DNA of 64,000 bases from positions 34,162,001-34,226,000 of the forward strand of contig OZ360247.1 in NCBI GenBank assembly GCA_977017645.1, written 5' to 3'. Positions 50,153 through 63,027 of the stretch are shown piece by piece. Source of the DNA: Torpedo marmorata. Lineage: Eukaryota. The position numbers and the translations under genes are program-made. Positions within the stretch are counted from its first letter, which is position 1. Every line of letters starts with the position of its first letter. Under the pieces are notes generated by a model. That model was not told the origin of the DNA. It saw only the letters and a list, made by a program, of their open reading frames with translations, and did not search any database.

Positions 50153-50668
50153 AAAAAACACAAATGCTGGAGAAACTCAGCAGGTCAAACAGTGTCTTTT
50201 ATGTAGCAAAGGTAGAAATACATATCCGACGTTTCGGGCTTGAGCCCTTCATCAAAGTATGAGAAAATGCCGGCAGGCGTCCGAACAAAGGAGTGAGGGG
50301 GGAAGGGGGATGGCAAAGGCAGGAGATGATAGGTGGAGAAAGGAGGGAGGGGACAGCAGCAAAGAGGGGGAGGAGGGATGGCTAGGTAGCTGGAGAAAAA
50401 CAGGAAGGACAGGTGAGGGGGGAGGGGAAGGGAACAACAAGCAGGTTTAGTGGAAAGCAGAAAAGTCAATGTTAATGCCATCTGGCTGGAGAGTGCCGAG
50501 ACGGAATATGAGATGTTGTTCCTCCAATTTGCGGGTAGTCTGGGTGGGATAGTACATGAAGCCATGGACAGACATGTGAGTGTGGGAGTGTGACCTGGAA
50601 TTGAAATGGTTGGCTACTGGGAAGTCGCTGTTGTTGCGGACGGAGAGGAGGTGCTCAGCAAAGCGGTC
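50153..50668 (-). mobile_element. Penelope-like retroelement 3' fragment (GIY-YIG C-terminus and terminal region)
   Basis: RFAEHLLSVRNNSDFPVANHFNSRSHS...RKLEEQHLIFRLGTLQPDGINIDF, followed by a pyrimidine-rich UTR and a hammerhead-like motif. Confidence 0.9.
50221..50262 (-). ncRNA. Minimal hammerhead-ribozyme-like motif of the Penelope element
   Basis: UUGAUGA-A-GGGC(UCAA)GCCC-GAAA-CG-UC: hammerhead core order with a palindromic ACGU in place of helix III. Position C3 is U here. Confidence 0.6.
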
Positions 50669-50754
50669 TAAATTTGGGCTACTATTCATGTTGCCCATAT
50701 CTAAATGTGATGCTTTTTGTCAACTTCAATAACAAAATAATTTTAATTTACTGT

Positions 50755-51008
50755 AATTTAATTTAGACATACAGCACAGTAACAGGCCCTTTTGGCCCAC
50801 GAGCCCGTGCTGCCTAAATACACCCAATTAACCGACAACCACAGGTATGTTTTGAAGGATGGGAGGAAACCGGAGCCCCCGGGGAAAAACCACGCAGACA
50901 CGGGGAGAACGTACAAACTCCTTAAAGACAGCGCGGGATTCGAACCCCGGTCCCGATCGCTGGTTCTGTAACAGCGTTGCGCTAACCGCTATGCTAACCG
51001 TGCCACCC
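50755..51008 (-). mobile_element. V-SINE (HE1-like), full length
   Basis: Reverse complement gives ggtggcacggttagc head, ggttcgaatcc B-box, V-domain and tail. Confidence 0.9.
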
Positions 51009-52167
51009 TATATAAGAATATATTGTACTTTAATGGGAATATATTTTGAACCTTTCGATCGACAGCTGCACAATGACATCTTTGCACATGGAAAAGATCA
51101 CATTATTTACATTTTATTATTTGAGTTAGAATTTAGAATTGTTCAATAACCTTTAATCATTTATGATAGTTTTCTTCTGGTTGGCTTATTGTTGAATGAG
51201 TTCTATTTAATTCAGTTTTAAAAACTGACAAGAATTAGCCTTTGGCATATTCCTAAAATAAAAGCTAATTTATTCATACCCCTTTCTGGTCAAAATAGTT
51301 TACCTGGAAATTAAACAAAAACATACTTGCTCACCAGGGTATTGTTTGTACTCTTGCTAAATGCTATGAGATTCCATTAGAAGAGTGGAGTGAAACAAAA
51401 CATCTTAAAATACAAATGGCAAAAATGAGAAAGAGAAATAAAGACCGCTTTCTTTGCTGGACATCCATATCTTTGACCTAGGCATTTATCAACTACAAAA
51501 TATTAATGCAATAAGCATTGATGGTGTGGAATGGTATGATTTAGGTTACAGATTAGATTAATCATAATTTGTGCTATTGGAAAGTATAAATAGTTTGAAG
51601 GAATCATATGCATTTCGAAAATGAATGAAAAGCATGGCAAATTTTAAATATTTTTTCAAACAATACCCCCTCAAACCTCTGACATCTGTCACCTGAAGGA
51701 ACACAAGTACCACCTGGAGAGAGTGCAACCATCTGCAGGTTGTTACAGTGATATACTGTCCTGACCTGATAATATTTAATATTGAGTCTAAACCATTGAA
51801 CACCCTATCAAACAGCCCAGCAAAGGTCTCTTTATCAGATGGACCAACAAGTTCGCATCCAAGAAGGCAGTTCAGAGCAATCTTTTCAATGATATGAATG
51901 GAAACTTGATTGTCAGCATGGACTTAATAGGCTGAAGGGCTTTTATCTGTGCTGCATGAATTTATGACTCCATGTAACGAGGGATGGACAATAAATGTCA
52001 GCTTTACTGGCAATGACCATATCCAATAAAGGAATAAAATAAACATACATCAACAAACTTTGAGAGTGTGAGCAATGTATGCATTCTGAGAACAGCAAAA
52101 GTGTTCACATTTTGATTTCATTGCAATACTACTGCAAGTTGTAAACAATTCTGTCAAGGCTGTGCAA

Positions 52168-53500
52168 TTAGAACCATAGAACGCTACAGCACCACTGACC
52201 TGCTCCCATTCCATAACCCTCCAGACATCTCCCATCCATGTATCTATCCAATTTATTCTTAAAACACAAGATCAAGCCCGCATTCACCACATCAGATGGC
52301 AGCTCATTCCACACTCCCACCACTCTCTGAGTGAAGAACTTCCCCCTAATGTTCCCCCTAAACCTTTCCCCTTTCAGCTTAAAACTATGACCCCTCGTAT
52401 TTATCTCCCCCAATCTAAGTGGAAAGAGCCTACTCGCATCCACTCTGTCTATACCTCTCATAATCTTGTAAACCTCTATCAAATCTCCCCTCATTCTTCT
52501 TCGCTCCAAGGAATAAAGTCCTAACCTGTTTAATCTTTCCCTGTAACTCAACTCCTGAAGACCCGGCAACATCCTAGTAAATCTTCTCTGCACTCTTTCA
52601 ATCTTATTGATATTCCTGTAGTTAGGCGACCAGAACTGCACACAATTTTCCAAATTTAGCCTCACCAATGTCTTAAACAACCAACATAACATCCCAACTC
52701 CTATACTCAATACTTTGCTTTATAAAGGCTAAGATGCCTAAAGCTTTCTTTACAACCCTGTCCACCTGTGACGCCACCTTCAGGGAACAATGTATCTGTA
52801 TTCCCAGATCTCTCTGCTCCTCCACACTCCTCAGTGCCCTATCATTTACTGTGTATGTCCTACCTTGGTTTGCCCTTCCAAAATGCATCACCTCACACTT
52901 GTCTGCATTAAACTCCATCTGCCATTTTTTGGCCCATTCTCCCAGTTGGTCCAGATCCCTCTGCAAGTTTTGAAAATCTTCCTCGCTGTCCACAACGCCT
53001 CCTATCTTTGTGTCATCAGCAAACTTGCTGATCCAATTTACCACATTATCATCCAGATCATTGATATAGACAACAAACAACAATGGTCCCAACACAGATC
53101 CCTGAGGCACAGCACTAGTCACAGGCCTTCAGTCTGAGAAGCAACCATCCACTACCACTCTCTGTTTTCTCCTTCACAGCCAATTTCGAATCCAGTTTAC
53201 TACCTCTCCATGGATACCCAGTGTCATAACCTTCTAAATAACCTCCCATGTAGGACCTTGTCAAAGGCTTTGCTAAGGTCCATGTAGACAACATCCACAG
53301 CCTTTCCTTCATCTACTTTCCTGGTAACCTCCTCGAAAAACTCTACGTTTCGTTAAAAATGACCTACCACGCACAAAGCCATGCTGACTGTCCAAATACC
53401 TATATATCCTATCTCTCAGAACTCCTTCTAATAATTTACCTACTACTGACGTCAGGCTCACCGGCCTATAATTACCTGGTTTATTTTTGAAGCCTTTTTT
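52168..53500 (-). mobile_element. CR1/HER1 LINE ORF2 (reverse transcriptase) fragment
   Basis: PGNYRPVSLTS, QHGF, VPQGSVLGPLLF, SKFADDTK, WQMEFN and RRRMRGDLIEVYK, across several frameshifts. Confidence 0.95.
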
Positions 53501-54003
53501 TAATTGCTCATCATAAATATCTGACGACTTCATACCCATAACTTTTCTTAATTAAGCTCAATCAGTAACTATAATGGGAAGATATTACAGTTATAAAAAG
53601 GAAGATTTTCCTTAAGGCTGGATTACTTTGGAATGTTCCGTGCCATTGTGAATCGGTAACATGCTGCAACAGAGGTCAGAGGCCTTTTTTGATCCCTGGC
53701 AAAGTGACTAACTGATCCCTCCAATGCAATAATGTAGAGCCACTAACCAAAGACAAGGCAATGCCATTCAGGATAGAAACATGGAGTATTGGCCTGTTGA
53801 ACAAGAGCAACATCCCAAGATGTGCAGGTGTAACAGAGTTAAAAATGTGTTTTAATAATTTTTATTCTCAATTTTGTAATTGTTAATTTTATCTCAATGA
53901 GTCACTTGTAATTATTGCCATTTTAATAATGTTTCCGGTGGGAATGAGTTTGGCGGTACACACCTTGTGCACCTCCTAAGCCCCTTCCTTCCTGTTCCCC
54001 ATA

Positions 54004-55580
54004 CTGCTTGCTACCTTGCTTAGGGTAAGTGTGGGGGAACCTTGCTGCTGGGTTATTTTAATATTTTCTTTGGAAAATGAATTGGTTATTTTATCAATCT
54101 CAATGTATATTGTTCATTGCTAATATTATTATGTTAATCATTAATGTAGGCTTTATGAACGTTTTATCTAACTTGTGTTGAGGCACCATTACCATGTGTT
54201 GATCATGTGACCTGAGATTTCATAGTGTAAATTCTGTTATTTTGCATGCTCAGGAGCAAAGGGGCAGAAAAGGAAGAAAACCCAGAAGACAATGGTTGTA
54301 TTATTTTGTCTTCTGGTACATAATTCCCTGAAAGTTGAGTCACACGTAGATAGGGTGGTGAAGAAAGCATTTGGTATGTTGGCCTTCATAAATCAGAGTA
54401 TTGAATATTAGATTAGATTAGATTAGATACACTTTATTGTCATTGTACCAGTTCAAAACAAGCCAATGAGAATATAGGAGTTGGGATGTCATGTTGAAGT
54501 TGTATAAGGCATTAGTGAGGCCAAATTTGGAATATTGTGTGCAGTTTTGGTCGCCGAATTATAGGAAGGATATAAACAGAATATAGAGAGTGAAGAGGAG
54601 ATTTACAAGAATGTTGCCTTGGTTTCTGGGTTTGAGTTACAGGGAAAGGTTGAACAGGCTGGGACTTTATTCCCTGGAGCGTAGAAGGTTGAGGGGTGAT
54701 TTGATAGAGGTATTTAAAATTATGAAGGGGACAGATAGAGTCAATGTGGACAGGCTTTTTCCATTGAGAGTGGGGAAGATTCAAACAAGAGGGCATGGAT
54801 TGAGATTGAAGGGGGAAAAGTTTAGAGGAAACAAGAGGGGGAATTTCTTCACTCAGAGGGTGGTGGGAGTGTGGAATGAGCTTCCGGCCGAAGTGGTAGA
54901 TGCAGGTTCAATTTTAATGTTTAAGGAAAAGTTGGATAGGTATATGGATGAGAGAGGTGTGGAGGGTTATGGGCCGGGTGCGGGTCAGTGGGACTAGGTG
55001 GGAGAAGGTGTTCGGCATGGACTAGAAGGGCCGAACTGGCCTGTTTCTGTGCTGTAAGTGTTATATGGTTATATAGGTACAGAATTTCCTTGTTAATTGT
55101 ATGATTTTGGCTGGTTAGTTTTTCTATGCAGTTTTCAACTTTCCCACCGGGTGCCACTGTTTTCAATTTGTATATATAGTTTTTTATATAGTTGAAAAGA
55201 TTTTAAAATGCAAAATGTTTTCCTGGGCAAACCTTAAAAGCTCTCGGCTAAAACCGTGTACACTGAGTTGAGTACATATTGAAATGTTAAAATACAGTAT
55301 CTGTGTGTAGTTGAGGAAAAGAATGAATGAGATATATTCTGCTTGCTACCTTTCTTAGGGAGCAAAGGGGCAGAAAAGGAAGAAAACCCAGAAGATAATG
55401 GTTGTATTATTTTATCTTCTAAAGGGAGCAAATAAATGCTGGAAAACAATTCCGTGAGTCATCTCTTTTTCTACGCGCTATGCAAACCCGATACACAGAG
55501 AAACTAAAATAATGCTTTCTCTTGTTTTACAGGAACAGAAGGTATTCTTATGAAGAGGGGAAGAAAGACCATGTGGATTA
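54004..55580 (+). other. Unannotated spliced transcription unit (lncRNA, small ORF or relic gene)
   Basis: GT-AG introns at 54025-54253 (gtaagt...tgctcag; junction supported by the joined copy at 55339-55420) and 55454-55530 (gtgagt...ctttctcttgttttacag). Confidence 0.55.
54315..55076 (+). mobile_element. CR1/HER1 LINE 3' fragment with a small nested LINE tail (54409-54469)
   Basis: VHNSLKVESHVDRVVKKAFG...RRRLRGDLIEVFK...FFTQRVVGVWNELP. ggtaca is repeated at both ends. The nested (TCTAA)n-tailed insert has a gaatat duplication at 54403-54408 and 54470-54475. Confidence 0.93.
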
Positions 55581-58500
55581 ATGCATGTTAAAAGGAAAAT
55601 AGCCAATATTTAATTCCAGTGACAAAAAATGACTTGAGATTTACCTCTTACTTGTGTGGTTAACTTTTTTATGGTCAGCAATACCAAAGACCAGGAGGTT
55701 TTAGTGCATAACAACATAAGCAGCATGCATCTCTTCTTGAATTTTTAACAGCTCTCATGTGTCACCCTTTCTCTTTGTACTGCCTAAAGCAGATCAAGTT
55801 TCCTTCCATTCAGTCATTCAGCACCACCCTGCTCCTGCCCCGTCCAAAGAACAAGTGGGACTTTTTATTTTTGTAAAACATTTTTTAAACCACCCCTGAC
55901 TGTTATCCTTGGTGTCTGTCCAAGCAATCAATTCTTTATGCAGGGGTGCTTGTACTAATGCTGCTATGCAAGATGTTAAATTAAACTGACTGGAAGTGAG
56001 AACGATTAATTTACAGATACAGTGGTTTATTTTACCACCTCTTTTAATATATTCTGAAAAGATTATGGCATGAAACAGGCAGCATGAGATCACCTTCCAT
56101 TTCCTTAAATTTGTTTACAGTGTCTCCAGTTGGTGTGTATAACGACTTGTTAATATAATAAGTCAAGACAGCACGTTAGTTCCACAAAGAAAGAATATCC
56201 ATTGGATTCTCTTTGATGAAAGCCTTGTATTTTGTAATTTTGCAATTTTTTTTTCTTCAAAATTTTTAACCAATAGTTAACAAGAACAAATTTGATGTCA
56301 TTCTATGCTTGAATTTTGTTAACAATAACATATCACTACCATACAAAATCTTGATGGAGCCAACAGATAAATAGAAATAACAGAGGAAAGCAAAACTCAG
56401 ATATAGCACCCGAAGATGAATTATGTGGCCTTGTCTCTGGTTCACTTGCACAAGCAGGACTTCAGATTAAATCCAATATAATTCCAACTCTTTGACTTTC
56501 AAAATAGCAAGTTGTTTCTGAAATACAAATGAAATCTGCTTCTTCTTTTCATTGTAAAGGAACAATGATTGGGATCCTTTCGAGGAACATCTAATGCTGC
56601 AATCTATGGTAAATATCCCAGTAGACGCTTGGACCCAGAAGATCTGCCTCAGGCAATATTGTCACCTGAGATCCCTGGCTTGTTTAAAAGGCTATTACCT
56701 GGTGGTTACACAGCAATGGATAGTTGCTGATGGATCAATAAAGGTCTCCATCCAAACAATCAATTCCTCAATTTACAAATTCAAGTGAGGATTATTCAAG
56801 TCAATACATACTGAAGTACTGAAGTGCATAAATTTGAAGTGGAGCCAATAAGCTCTCCTTCATAATACAAAATGTTCATTGAAGCAAACAAGACTACAGT
56901 TTAATGAATTCTTATTGTATTTTATGCATGCAATGTAGAGTGAAGAATGTCCCTATTCAGACTGCATGGGATGTTAATTCTGATTTCCTGATTGTAACCA
57001 CACTTAGTTTGGTAGATTGAACATAAAATGATCCAACAGATATGTTTGCAACCACAAACATTGCACATTGTTAGAAAGTCTGCATTTAAAAATCACAATT
57101 ATATTGCTTTGCGGGAACCAAGAACTGTAATTTTAATTCAATCCATCAAATAAACTTTTTAAAGTTTCAACATGCATGTGCTTCTAATTTTATCAACATT
57201 CTACAAACATCCAAACTCACAATGGGGCTTTGTAACTCCAGAGTAACTCCAGACTGGAGTAAATGCTACTGGAGTCTACAGGCTCTGCCCCAGAGAAAAA
57301 CAGACTGTTCCCGTAATTGTTTCAGCTCTGGAGTGAATTTGGAATTGTGCAAATGGGGATTCTGGAGTGATTCCCAAACAGCCTCATTTTTTGAGTGGAT
57401 GCCTCAAACAGGCAAAAGGAATGCCAGTGTAATAATATTACTACAATTGAATCTCTGTTGATTATCTGTAACTGTACTTTGAAGCTGCAAAGTTAAACTG
57501 CTTGGCTTTAGTTCACTGTACAGTAAAACAACTTGGCCTTAAATTAGGTGATCTGAGGTTTGAATTAAAAAATATAAGCCCAGGGCAATTCACTGTGACG
57601 TCATTTCTTTTCTGAGACTACACATAGTATAATTAAAGAGAGCAATGATTACTGTCCGCTGATGGATAGATTAATTCATGTTGTCGGAGGACTCCTACAA
57701 CCAAGTCATCTCCGTATCATCAGCCCAACTCACATTTGAAGTATATGCAAAATAAATAGCTAAGGAAAGCTACTGGCACACAGGACACTATATTCCAATG
57801 GGACTGATGGTTTGGGAGTTGATTGTAGAAAACGGTAGAGATGCAGACAGATACTGCAAAGTTCAATCCAGTGGCCCTGTGTTCACATCCAATCACAGTA
57901 AGCAATCAAAATGAATTTAATAAATTTGTGAAGTGGCGTTGGACGAAAGTGAGTTGGAATGTGCAATAATGATTTACTCATATGCTTCAGTGAAGGGATT
58001 TATTCTGTCAAGTCCACACACGATTCTGGGTCCACACTGTGATGTGGAGTCTGAGGGCTGGCTAAAATGGCTCAATGGTGATAATAAGTATGGTGGCATC
58101 TTCTCAGAGCAAATAGATAACTAATAAATGTTAACTTCCACATAACAAGAACATCTAGATGACTTTAAACAAAAATCAAGCTCAGGGACTCTCTAGTTAT
58201 AAATAAATGGATGAATACATTTTGTAATAGTAGACGTGTGCTTCTAATCAATGTCCATCGAATTCTTTTTCCCTTACATAGGTTTTGCCTTTCATTATAA
58301 ATCTGGTTTCTAGTGTTGCTTACATCATCAAAAGTGAGAGAAATCTACCAATTCTCTTTACCAAAAAATATCTACAGCAAAGTATAACAACACTTTTCTG
58401 CTTAAAACATAGTATATGCAGATCTGAAAACACACAAGGTACATTTTCATAAATTTATGTTAGTATCTCTTCGTGAAAAGCAATCATAATTCAGATGAAC

Positions 58501-59047
58501 AAATACACTGTAATTGCACTGCACAGATTTCGATTGTTTCCCCTTCTTTTCGGTGCCAGCCTTGAGTTTTCTTGATGCACAGATCAATATATTTAAAAAA
58601 AAACACAGCCTGTCAGATTTCACTTGCCTGCAGATAAAATTACAGAAGCTACATAACACAATCCTTGTTTCTTGGTTGCTAGACACACCATGTAAATACT
58701 ACAGAGGAAGGTGTAATGTTTTTTCTGGCAAGCCATTTTGGCTCCTGTGACAACATTAGTTATTCCACGTTTCCAAACACTTTATATTAAATATCATCCT
58801 GAAAAAAATGGAATTGCTGTGACTTAAATTAATACTTATGGTTCATGCATATTGCCCAGATAATTCCTTTCCTTTCCATGTGCTTGCCCTTGAGAACATA
58901 TTTATGTTTTTTTCAAGCTTTTGGTTCCAGCATAAATATTCACTTAACCAAGACAATGAAAATAAAGATGTACTATGTTTCATTGAATTAGAGATGGAGG
59001 TGTTTTGTCCTGCTTTTGTAAGAAGCTGCATGTCATAAGACTCTAAT

Positions 59048-59205
59048 ACCATAAGACTATAAGATGTAGGAGCAGAAGTAGGCCATTTGGCCTGTCGGGT
59101 CTGCTCCACTATTCTATCATGAGCTGATCCATTCTCCCACTCAGCCCCACTCCCCTGCCTTCTCCCTATAACCTTTGTATCCTGACTATTCAGATAGCTA
59201 TCAAT
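59048..59205 (-). mobile_element. CR1 LINE 3' tail
   Basis: Reverse complement reads YLNSQDTKVIGRRQGSG and a tggcctacttctgctcctac tail. Confidence 0.75.
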
Positions 59206-59316
59206 TATGGTGCAAGTGAGTAACTGCAACTGCTTAATTACCGGTAATAATTTCAGCACTCATGCATTTGGATCTCCTTTTACACGGGCACACATACATA
59301 CACACATATAAAAATA

Positions 59317-59400
59317 CAAGTCAAGTCAAGTTTATTGTCATCTGATTGCTCAAGTACAACCCGACAAAACAGCGTTCTCCGGTCCTCGGTGTAAAACAAT
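59317..59400 (-). mobile_element. LINE 3' terminus with (CTTGA)n tail
   Basis: Homologous to 31970-32045. Confidence 0.7.
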
Positions 59401-59984
59401 ACATACATATATTCAAATACACACTGCCTTACACACACATATTCATAATTATATATACACACACATTTTTGAGAGCTTCTTGCAGTTTTCTACCAGAACA
59501 GCATGGCCACATAGTTGTACGTCACATTATCTTTCTCTCCCTTTTTGTCGTAGATAAACTTTTTAATTTTCTAGAGATATCTTTCAACATAGACTTGATA
59601 TTGAGTTTCTACACCTTGTACTTTGACTGTACTTCAGTCCTCACTATTGTTCCTGAGCACCAGAGAAGCAAGCCTTAGCCTTTCCAATTTTGCTACTGAC
59701 TTCCCAATAGCCAAAACTCCAATCTTGATCTAAATCTTTAACTTTATACATCACATCCCAGAGATCCAGGTGCCAATCCCACTTCCCCACCACAGCCTCA
59801 CTCCTGGACTCCTGATTACTCTTCTGAGTTCCAGCTCCCTTACTCTTCATCTGACCCCTTGAGGATCCCATAATGGAGGCCCCAATTATCCTCCTCCCCA
59901 ATCTTATTTGCGAAACCCCTACCACTGGTATGATCTTCTTACCAGCCTCCCTTTCCCACCCTAGCCTTGATCTATCTTATAGAA

Positions 59985-60655
59985 ACAAGTTCAGGTTCAA
60001 GTTCAAGTTTATTATTATCATACAATCGTAAAGTACAACTGGATGAAATGGCATTCTTCGGTCCTCGGTGTAAAAACATGCAAACACATCTACAGTCATA
60101 GCACACATATTTACAAGCGATTTAATTGCAGTACATATATAAAAATAAATAAATATTGTTAAATAATAGTAGAATCTCGGAGGGATTTGTATGAGCAGTT
60201 TCATCAGTCATTAAGCAGTCTCACTGCCTGTGGGAAGAAGCTGTTTCTCAGCCTGGTGGTTCTGGCTCTGATACTTCTGTATCTCTTCCCCGAAAGGAGT
60301 AGCTGGAAGATGCTTTGTGCGGGGTGGTAGGATCCTTAATGATTTTGTGAGCCCTCTTCAGGTAACAATCCCAGTGGATCACATCAAAGGGTGGGAGGGA
60401 GACCCCAGTGATCCTCTTTGCTGCTCTTATGGTCCTGTGGATTGATCTCCGATCCAATGCTCTACAGCAACCGTACCACACTGTGATGCAGCCGGCCAGG
60501 ACTCTCTCGATAGAGCTCCTGTAGAAAGTTGACAGGATGGTGGCCGGTAGCCTTGCCCGCCTCAGTCTTCTCAGTTGCTGTTGCGCCTTCCTGACAAGTG
60601 AGGAGATATTGTGTGTCCAGGATAAGTTACTACTTAAGTGGACTCCAAGGAACTA
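59985..60655 (-). mobile_element. Rex1/Babar-type LINE 3' fragment
   Basis: WYGCCRALDRRSIHRTIRAAKRITG...HKIIKDP, with a (CTTGAA)n tail. Confidence 0.8.
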
Positions 60656-61142
60656 GTGAAGGAATCCTGCTCCCAATCCACTTTCATGCTTACCTAACCC
60701 CAAGACCTAAGCCATCAGCTCTCTCTTCTGTTGCCTCTGCCCACCCAACACCAACTGCCTTCCCGCAACAGTCCTCGATCCTGGCTGGTGAGTTTGGGAG
60801 CACTAGATTTTCTAAGCATTTATATCACCCAGTTATAAGCCTTTTTGTGGTCTTGATAGCTTCCCATCTATTACTGACAAAGATTGCTGTGCTTCTGTAT
60901 GTAATAAATATTAAACTAACATTATTGTTTTCCCCTTCTGGCATTACTTCTGATCACTGACAGCATTTCCACCAATTTCATTCTGGGGACATATCCAAGC
61001 AATAATTGGGACTTGTCTCCAAAGGGAAGTCAATCAGTTCCATGGTAGACATCTGCTACCCAGTATATGAGAATTACAACATGTAACGGTAAATGTAATA
61101 ATATATACAATGGTAATTTTATCCACTAGATTACAGGAGAAT

Positions 61143-61345
61143 ATAAAACAAACTGCAGGAGGAACTCAGCAGTTCAGGTTCAGGTTCCATCTGTGGAGGG
61201 AAATGGAAAGTCCATATTTCAACTTGCGATCATAGCATCCAGATGAAGCATCCAAATCCCTTGCACAGATGCGGCCTGACTTGCTGAGTTCCTCCAGCAG
61301 TTTGTTTATTTATACTGATTCCAGTATCTGCAGTCTCTTGTGTAC
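61143..61345. mobile_element. Decayed palindromic Penelope-derived element
   Basis: Inverted arms aaacaaactgcaggaggaactcagca and tgctgagttcctccagcagtttgttt. Confidence 0.7.
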
Positions 61346-61899
61346 CTATTGGTTACAGAGGAGATTTACTTATTTTTCCTGTTAACTAGTTTTTGTTGTC
61401 TTCCAGAAACTGGAAAACTTTTTCACAGCAAACTAATGATTTAATTCACTTCTGTTTTAAGCAATTCTTTTACATCCTAATTATACCTCCCCACGTGTGT
61501 TTATAACCTGTAGGTTGTATTGCATTGGCTTAGATTCAGGTTCTTTTATCCACATGTGTGAGCTTCTAAAAATAAAAACTCTAACTGAAAGTAGCTTGCT
61601 TCAAATGGGACAACTGTAAAGAATCCTGAGATTTAATTGATTGCAAAATGATTCTTTGAATCATCTTTTGATTTCCTCTGGTATTTTGAAAAATTACAAG
61701 CTCATACCAATAAGCATCAGTGTAACTGCAGTGGCTGATCAAAATATAACTAAAGAAAAATAATGACACCCAAGTAGCCTCCCAGAGAATATAATAAGAA
61801 CAGATTCCCTGTAAATAATTCTTAAAGAAATAGGGACGAAGTTGCAGGCAGAGCAATAAATTCAAGTATAAAACTTCAAATTTCTTCCATACTTGCTTT

Positions 61900-62204
61900 G
61901 GGAATATTTTATTTTTTCATTTTTCACAAAAAGATTAACAATTTAAACATAATTGTACAATTTACAATTGTATACAACATTATTTTGTAATTTCCCTTCC
62001 CTCCCCCCCAACTAAAGAGGAAAAAAACAAAACCTAAAAAACAGAAATTACAAATAAAAGAAAAGAAAAGTAAATTAAACGTACTGTCAGTGCTTACATT
62101 GCTTTTCCCATCTTTTTGGAGATGTCACACCATTAATTTGTTATACATTACATTTTGCTATACCTTGGAGTTTGAATTATAACTGGGCCCCAATGTACTC
62201 CAGG
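61900..62204 (-). mobile_element. L1-like 3'UTR insertion
   Basis: Minus strand has a T-rich tract, a G-rich tract and AATAAA. 13-bp TSD ccatacttgcttt at 61887-61899 and 62205-62217. Confidence 0.7.
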
Positions 62205-62539
62205 CCATACTTGCTTTTTAAAGTGATTTGCAATATATTTCTCGAATTTCTTTTGTACTAATTGTGCAGTAAAGGTTCAATGCATTCAATGCAAAGATTC
62301 TGCATACAATGCAGAATAAAATTAAGTCAACTTTGAACTTTGATATGTGGAAATTCGAATTGATGCTTGTTCAGACAACTTGACCTTGTTTGGTAGTATT
62401 TTTGGCAACTTTTGGCAGTCAATGATCCTGCCTAGAAGACCAATATTTGATTTCCAATCTGTGCTAAACTTCAGTCTTCTGTTCTCCATGAACATCACAA
62501 TAGTTTAAAAAAAATTTTTTAAATATTGTTTCGAACAAG

Positions 62540-62735
62540 GTAGATGCTGATTCCTGCCATTGAAACCCAAGCTGCCCAATTACACTCAATCAACCTTTTT
62601 GGAGGGTGGGAGGAAACTGCAGCACCCGGGCAAAACCCTCACAGGTCATGGAGAACGTACAAACTCCTTATGGCCAGCGCTGGATTAGATCCCGGGTCAC
62701 TGATGCTGTAATAGCGTTGCGGTAACCGCTATGCT
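62540..62735 (-). mobile_element. V-SINE (HE1-like), diverged
   Basis: Reverse-complement V-domain and head. Confidence 0.8.
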
Positions 62736-63027
62736 CAGATGGCTAATAAGGCCAGCCTCACCTCTCAGTGATTTCTAAGCTTGACACTGTAACATTGGAG
62801 AAATTGACAGGTTCTATCTTGCCTTTAATGAATGTCTTATGATGGCAAATAGGCAGTCATCTGCCATGTTTGTGGGCTTAGTATCTTTTTCCCCATTGAA
62901 CTCAAATTGGAAGAGGTGTAAAACAATATCACACACTGTAACCTTAAGCACACTCTTGAACATAGTTAAGATATTTGCTGGTGTCTCAAATTGTGCTTCA
63001 CTTCCAGCAGTAGAAAGAAATAAGAAT

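Noticed and set aside
54025-54253. Intronic box C/D snoRNA
   Set aside because: A CTGA is present but there is no RTGATGA box C or terminal stem.
62860-62890. Tachykinin (Tac4) exon expected from synteny (MFVGLV)
   Set aside because: Lacks the FxGLM-G-KR signature; I found no such motif by eye in the window.
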